DNA of 41,210 nucleotides from a virus (Duplodnaviria; Heunggongvirae; Uroviricota; Caudoviricetes): IMG/VR virus record IMGVR_UViG_2880406838_000008; one strand, 5' to 3'. Shown piece by piece: positions 35,635 to 41,210 of this stretch (position 1 is its first letter; each line of letters starts with the position of its first letter). The notes under the pieces were generated by a model. It saw only the letters and a program-made list of their open reading frames with translations, ran no database searches and was not told where the DNA came from. The position numbers and the translations under genes were made by a program.

Positions 35635-37911
35635 GATCCCCTGCCGTTCGTATGAACGGCGCAAAATCGTGTTGTCGAAGTTGGCTCCATTTCCCCAAAC
35701 CTGAACAAAAAATTCACCGGAGTTTTCGTCGATAAATTCCCGCAATTGTAACAGTGCATCATCTAACGGGATTTCATCGGTCATAATGGCAGATTGCGCT
35801 TCGCGTGATTGCTTAAGCCACCATTTAATGGTGTTCCGATCAATGACTCCGCCAGCAGTTTCCAGATCGATAGTCTTACTAAATTCCGGTCCCATATCTC
35901 CGGTTTGCGGATCGAAAAATATTGCACCTATTGAGATGATCGGGGCATCAGGATTTTTTCCCATGGTTTCAAGGTCGATCATTAGATGGTCACACGTCCT
36001 GCTGGTGGATGTGATTTCTTGATGACCGTTCACCTTAATTGAGTGATCTGCCGTCTCGCCAGTTTCATTATCGCTATTGTGATGCTGATTGCCGCCAGTG
36101 TTCTCCTTGTGTGGATGTTCAGCGCCTTCCATTTCCTCCGGATCATCTTCCTGAACTTCAACCTGATATTCTTCATCGAATGTTTCTTGATATGTTGCGT
36201 CGCCCATCACCGCGCCACAATCAGGGCAGTTGCCGCCGCCGGTCTGACCGCAGGCGGTGCAGACTTTTTCCGGTTCCTGTTGCGCTACTGGCTCAGGTTG
36301 TTTCGTTTCTGGCTCGTTTTGTTGCGTATTTGGGCTGTTTTGTTCCGCTTTCTGGTCGTTCTGTTCCGATTCTTGCTGGTTCTGGTTTACAGAATCGCGG
36401 GTTTCAATCCCCTTTACCCATTTCGGATCATTCGGGTCGCTAATCCCTTCAACAAATTCACCACGTGATGCAGCAAGCAACTTATCGGCGTCAGGCTGGC
36501 TGATATTGGCTGCCTGCATAATTTTGTTTACTTCGTCAGCGGTAACTTTTATCGGCTCTGGTTGTTCTGAATCTTCAGCGGTATCTACATTTTGCGGTAA
36601 GCCCGTGTATGTGCCATTTTTTCGGGCAAAATATTCTTCTTTTGTGATTTCAGTGGCGCCAGCAGCCAGTGCCTTATCCAGACCAGAAAGTTTGTTTGCG
36701 CGACCGTATTTTTCTCCGTCCTTATCTGCGAAGAGGAAATAGAACGGCCCCTCACGCTCTACAGATGGTTCAGCTTCCGGCGCGGTTTCATTTTTTGGGA
36801 TATCAGATACCTCAGTTTCCACTGCATCAGTTTGTGTTTCTGATGACTGGAGAACATCAACAGTGCCCAGGTCTGTTTCTTCATTCTCAAACACGCCCTT
36901 TGTAGTCAGGTATTCAGTAATGTATTTGTTCAGTGCCACAGGGTCTTTGTGAATGTCGATCGGACGTTCACGGACAAGGCCAAAAATAGTCTGGCGGTCG
37001 TAGCGAAGGGCATCAGGCTGTTTGCGCATTGATGCCGAGATACGCTTCCAGTCTTCGCGGTCGTTGTCGATAACTTCATTTTTTGCCCAGCGATGGATGC
37101 TGCCGTCAATGTTTCCGGCATCCACATCACCAGGCCAGAGAGCGTAGGCCAGTTCTTCATCCAGCGTTTTCCATGTCTGCTTGTATTCGCGACAAATGGC
37201 GGCAGTGACTGGGTTGATTTTTCCTGCTGAGTTTTCAGTGTGCTGTTGATTGACTCTGGCGCTGGCGAGATCAACAACAGACGTGTATTTTCCAGTCTCT
37301 TTGCGCTCTGCGTCCTGCCGTTTTTTCCAGTTACGTAATTCAGCCTGAATTTCGGGCCATTTGGCACCCGGATTACATTTGTGTTTAACCCATCCGATAG
37401 CGAACAGTTTGCGTTCCGGATACATAGCGTTAATTTCAGGCGTTTTCATCAGTGCTTCAACGATATGCCCGTCAAAGGTAGCAACGTCTTCCTGCAGTAA
37501 TTCCTGCGCGTCAATCGCCATATCAACGGTGATGTTTTCACATGTACCGAACTTAACCAGGACCGCGTTCTGTACTTCAAGGGACAGCTTGTCAAAATTG
37601 ACGTTCATCGGATCGGATTCTGGTTCGACCGGAATAAAGGAAGCGGATTCCTCATCCCAGCGGTTTTCCTGCATATATTCAGCATCCCATGAATCGAGGG
37701 CAGGGCGGGGTATGCCAGGTTTATCCTCGCAGACAATAAATTTATAAGCGCAGTCCTGAGCAGCCGGATAATGTTCCAGGAACTGCCAGTGAAATTTTGC
37801 TCGAGCACGGCGTTCGTCGCCAGCTTCAATGGCTGTGGCTACAGCCACAGCGCCTTCTTCCCTTGTTGCCAGTTCGTCAGGAATAGCGGCGCAAATAAAG
37901 ACTTTACTCAT
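35635..37911 (-). pseudogene. prophage exonuclease (RecE/exodeoxyribonuclease VIII-like with C-terminal DnaQ-like DEDDh domain), 5' 759 codons, interrupted by IS629
   Basis: ORF runs from ATG 37911 into the IS629 terminus, stopping on the IS TGA. Acidic low-complexity middle region and a Cys4 cluster (CTACGQTGGGNCPDCG). C-terminal domain has DEDD motifs (MIDLETMG, WGNGANFDNT) but lacks the third motif, which lies in the detached fragment at 39374-39571. Confidence 0.75.
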
Positions 37912-38004
37912 TTTGTTTTAACCTCATGACAGATTTAAGGATGAACAAATCCCTGCCATTGCTGGCATATAAGAATGAAACCGGATATTTATTACGGAAC
38001 TGTT

Positions 38005-38063
38005 TTAAAGACCTGCCGGGATTTCGATATTATCCTGGTGAATAACTTTATCGACCGGGTAAC
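38005..38063 (-). pseudogene. ydfD: detached 3' fragment of the ydfD-like gene
   Basis: Minus-strand reading from the IS629 end gives YPVDKVIHQDNIEIPAGL-stop, which continues the ydfD-like ORF broken at 34325 if one nucleotide is restored. Confidence 0.5.
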
Positions 38064-39373
38064 TGAACCGCCCCGGGTTTCCTGGAGAGTGTTTTATCTG
38101 TGAACTCAGGCTGCCAGATCATCGTTTCCGATGGAAGCATAATAAGCTTTTTCTGCTTCTGCCGGAGGAGTATGGCCCAGCCTTCCCAGCAATCGTCGAT
38201 TGTTATACCAGTCCACCCACGTTAGTGTGGCCAGTTCCACTTCTGCACGGTTTTTCCAGCTCTTACGGTGTATTACCTCCGCTTTGTAAAGACCATTGAT
38301 GCTCTCAGCCATCGCGTTGTCATACGAGTCGCCTGTACTCCCTGTTGATGCCAGTAATCCGGCTTCTTTTAGTCGCTCCGTATAGGCCAGTGACACATAC
38401 TGAGAGCCTTTATCGCTGTGATGGATGGTGCCAGACGGACGACGGGCCCACAACGCCTGCTCCAGCGCATCCAGCACGAATGTCGTTTCCATAGACGATG
38501 AGACCCGCCACCCCACGATGTATCCGGCAAACACATCAATGATAAACGCCACATAGACGAAGCCCTGCCATGTGCTGACGTAAGTAAAATCAGCCACCCA
38601 CAGCTGGTCAGGTCGTTCTGCCACGAACTGACGGTTTACGCGGTCGCCTGCGGCAACGGCTTTCCGGCTGATGGTCGTACGGACCTTTTTACCCCGGAGA
38701 ACACCGGCAAGTCCCATAACCGCCATGAGACGTGCCACTGTACATCTGGCCACCCTGATTCCTTCCCGTAACAACTGACGCCAGACTTTACGCACACCGT
38801 ACACCTGATGATTTTCATCGTATACGCGCTGTATCTCTCTCTTCAGCCAGTCGTCGTGCTGCGCACGGGCACTGCGTTTATCCGGATGATGTCGCTGTTG
38901 CTGACAATGGTAATACGTTGACGGGGCAATATGCAGTTCGCTGCATACCGGTCCGACCCCGTACTGCTCACGCAGCTTATCCAGCAGTGGCATCATTTTT
39001 TCCAGAGGCGGTCGAACTCCGCCTTCGCAAAATAAGCGGAAGCCTGGCGAAGGATATCGTTACTGCGGCGCAGTTCACGATTTTCACGTTCCAGCTCTTT
39101 CAGACGCTGACGTTCAGCGCTGGTGAGCCCACCATCACCGCCCCCGGTATCCCGCTCATGCTGGCGAACCCAGACACGCAGAGTCTCCGGCGTACAGCCA
39201 ATCTTTGGGGCAATGGAACAAATTGCCGCCCACTGTGAGTCATATTCATCCTGACTTTCCAGAACCATACGAATCGCCCGCTGACGGACTTCGGGGGAAA
39301 AACGAGTATTTTTAGTCATCCTGTTTACCTCTTTCTCAGGGAGTTTAGTCTCCAGGATTTCCGGGGCGGTTCA
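38064..39373 (-). mobile_element. IS629: IS629 (IS3 family), copy 2, complete 1310 bp, inverted relative to copy 1
   Basis: Same termini as copy 1; orfB 38106-38996 and orfA 38993-39319 on the minus strand, translations identical to copy 1. Confidence 0.9.
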
Positions 39374-39571
39374 ATCCCCTGCCCGTGGCGTTACTACAAC
39401 GATCGCGATGTACGCACAATCGTTGAGCTGGGGAAAGCCATAGACTTCGATGCCAGAACGGCTATTCCATTCGAAGGTGAGCGCCATAATGCACTTGATG
39501 ACGCCCGTTACCAGGCAAAATACGTTTCAGTTATCTGGCAAAAACTGATCCCGAGTCAGGCTGATTCTTAA
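39374..39571 (+). pseudogene. detached 3' fragment of the exonuclease gene (contains the third DEDDh motif)
   Basis: Plus-strand ORF IPCPWRYYNDRDVRTIVELGKAIDFDARTAIPFEGERHNALDDARYQAKYVSVIWQKLIPSQADS-stop continues the exonuclease frame that ends ...RQGI at 35635; contains HNALDDA. Confidence 0.65.
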
Positions 39572-39643
39572 TGTTCAACTGTCGCCGGTTGTGACTGGTA
39601 TTCTGCAACCGGCGCTCGTCTGATGTAAGAGATAAAGAAATCG

Positions 39644-39895
39644 ATGAGCGAAGTAATCATGATTGTCTCTCCCGGCAAATGGGTATCCGAAGAGCAGTTA
39701 ATTGCGCTGAAAGGAATAAAAAAAGGTACGTTAAAAAAGGCCCGGGAAAAATCGTTTATGGAAGGAAGGGAATATAAGCATGTCGCTCATGACGGTATGC
39801 CATGGGATAACAGTCCATGCTTTTACAACCTGGAAGAAATTGATCGCTGGATTGAGCGCCAGGCATCAGCGAGACCAAGACGTCATCTTACTTGA
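39644..39895 (+). CDS. xis: excisionase-like protein
   Basis: 83-aa ORF immediately upstream of the integrase on the same strand; small basic protein. Assignment is mainly positional. Confidence 0.5.
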   Translation: MSEVIMIVSPGKWVSEEQLIALKGIKKGTLKKAREKSFMEGREYKHVAHDGMPWDNSPCFYNLEEIDRWIERQASARPRRHLT

Positions 39896-39929
39896 CTAAA
39901 AGCCACACTAACTAATGAGAGAAGTTGAA

Positions 39930-41210
39930 ATGAAATATCCGACAGGCGTGGAAAACCATGGAGGGAAATTACGTATCTGGTTTGTTTATAAAGGCGTAAG
40001 AGTCAGGGAAAATCTGGGGGTTCCTGACACAGCAAAAAACAGGCGCGTTGCAGGTGAACTACGCTCCTCTGTTTGTTACGCAATAAAAACTGGTGTTTTC
40101 GACTATGCAAAACAGTTTCCCTCCTCACGCAATCTGGAAAAATTTGGTGAGGCCCGACAAGATTTAACCATAAAAGAACTGGCTGAAAAATTTCTGGCAC
40201 TGAAAGAAAATGAAGTCGCCAAAACATCACTCAACACATACCGTGCCGTCATCAAAAATATCCTGAGCATAATCGGTGAAAAAAATCTTGCCTCATCGAT
40301 TAATAAAGAAAAATTACTGGAGGTTCGTAAAGAGCTACTGACTGGATACCAGATCCCCAAAAGTAACTATATTGTTACACAACCAGGGAGATCGGCTGTA
40401 ACTGTAAATAATTACATGACAAATCTTAACGCCGTGTTCCAGTTTGGTGTTGATAACGGTTACCTGGCAGATAATCCGTTTAAGGGGATCTCGCCATTAA
40501 AGGAATCAAGAACCATTCCGGATCCTCTTTCGCGGGAGGAATTTATCCGTCTTATCGATGCGTGCAGAAATCAGCAAGCAAAAAATTTATGGTGTGTTTC
40601 TGTTTATACTGGCGTTCGCCCTGGTGAGCTGTGTGCACTTGGATGGGAGGACATAGATCTGAAAAATGGAACAATGATGATCAGGAGAAATTTAGCAAAA
40701 GACCGTTTCACGGTACCAAAAACACAGGCGGGAACCAATCGGGTCATTCATCTTATTAAGCCAGCAATCGACGCTCTCCGGAGTCAGATGACATTAACGA
40801 GACTGAGTAAAGAGCATATCATTGATGTTCACCTCAAAGAGTATGGCAGAACAGAAAAACAAAAATGCACCTTTGTTTTTCAACCTGAAGTGTCAGCGAG
40901 AGTAAAAAATTATGGTGACCATTTTACCGTTGACTCAATAAGGCAGATGTGGGACGCAGCGATAAAACGTGCCGGACTCCGCCATCGAAAATCATATCAG
41001 TCGAGACATACTTATGCCTGCTGGTCGCTGACAGCTGGTGCTAACCCGGCATTTATAGCAAACCAGATGGGCCATGCAGATGCGCAAATGGTATTTCAGG
41101 TATACGGAAAATGGATGTCTGAAAACAATAATGCACAGGTAGCTTTGTTAAATACACAGTTAAGCGAGTTTGCCCCAACCATGCCCCATAACGAAGCAAT
41201 AAAAAATTAA
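39930..41210 (+). CDS. int: tyrosine integrase
   Basis: About 426 aa from ATG 39930 (GAGAAG RBS; an alternative ATG lies at 39915). C-terminal catalytic region with GVRPGEL, HxxR (RHTYACW) and a terminal Tyr region (VFQVYGKW). The stop is the last codon of the window. Confidence 0.85.
   Translation: MKYPTGVENHGGKLRIWFVYKGVRVRENLGVPDTAKNRRVAGELRSSVCYAIKTGVFDYAKQFPSSRNLEKFGEARQDLTIKELAEKFLALKENEVAKTSLNTYRAVIKNILSIIGEKNLASSINKEKLLEVRKELLTGYQIPKSNYIVTQPGRSAVTVNNYMTNLNAVFQFGVDNGYLADNPFKGISPLKESRTIPDPLSREEFIRLIDACRNQQAKNLWCVSVYTGVRPGELCALGWEDIDLKNGTMMIRRNLAKDRFTVPKTQAGTNRVIHLIKPAIDALRSQMTLTRLSKEHIIDVHLKEYGRTEKQKCTFVFQPEVSARVKNYGDHFTVDSIRQMWDAAIKRAGLRHRKSYQSRHTYACWSLTAGANPAFIANQMGHADAQMVFQVYGKWMSENNNAQVALLNTQLSEFAPTMPHNEAIKN

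Noticed and set aside
36039-36905. Plus-strand ORFs (78-161 aa) within the exonuclease gene
   Set aside because: Antisense to the exonuclease acidic repeat region; low-complexity artefacts.
38369-39238. Short ORFs inside IS629 copy 2 on the plus strand (and their mirror images in copy 1)
   Set aside because: Antisense to the transposase orfA/orfB; identical in both copies only because the IS is duplicated.
1-41210. CRISPR arrays, rRNA genes, a Shiga toxin operon and prophage attachment sites
   Set aside because: No spaced direct-repeat array or rRNA-like sequence seen. nanS-p directly follows the late leader with no stx genes between. The integrase stop is the last codon of the window and the left edge is within effector cargo, so att sites must lie outside.

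Overview
This window is almost entirely one lambdoid prophage in reverse orientation, of the kind found in enterohaemorrhagic E. coli (two IS629 copies, NleG effectors, nanS-p esterase). All calls below are from reading the sequence and translations; no database search was run. From the right end leftwards: integrase and excisionase (+), an early-left region disrupted by two inverted IS629 copies, a DicA/DicC-type immunity switch with DicF and DicB, a replication initiator gene with internal origin iterons, then a PR'/tR'-like late leader with no Q antiterminator gene. The late operon follows on the minus strand: nanS-p esterase, P21-type lysis cassette (pinholin, SAR endolysin, Rz/Rz1), HNH endonuclease, terminase small and large subunits, a fused protease-scaffold-capsid gene, portal, head-tail joining genes, and a lambda-like tail module (V, G/G-T, H, M, L, K, I, J). 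Cargo includes a sodC gene in opposite orientation between I and J, lom, a collagen-repeat tail fibre and three tandem nleG paralogs at the left edge. The strongest findings are an IS629-bracketed inversion that splits both an exonuclease gene and a ydfD-like gene, the apparent loss of the helicase-loader/nin/Q region, and two tandem sRNA-like units between nanS-p and the holin. No CRISPR array, tRNA or rRNA gene was seen, and no attachment site lies inside the window.
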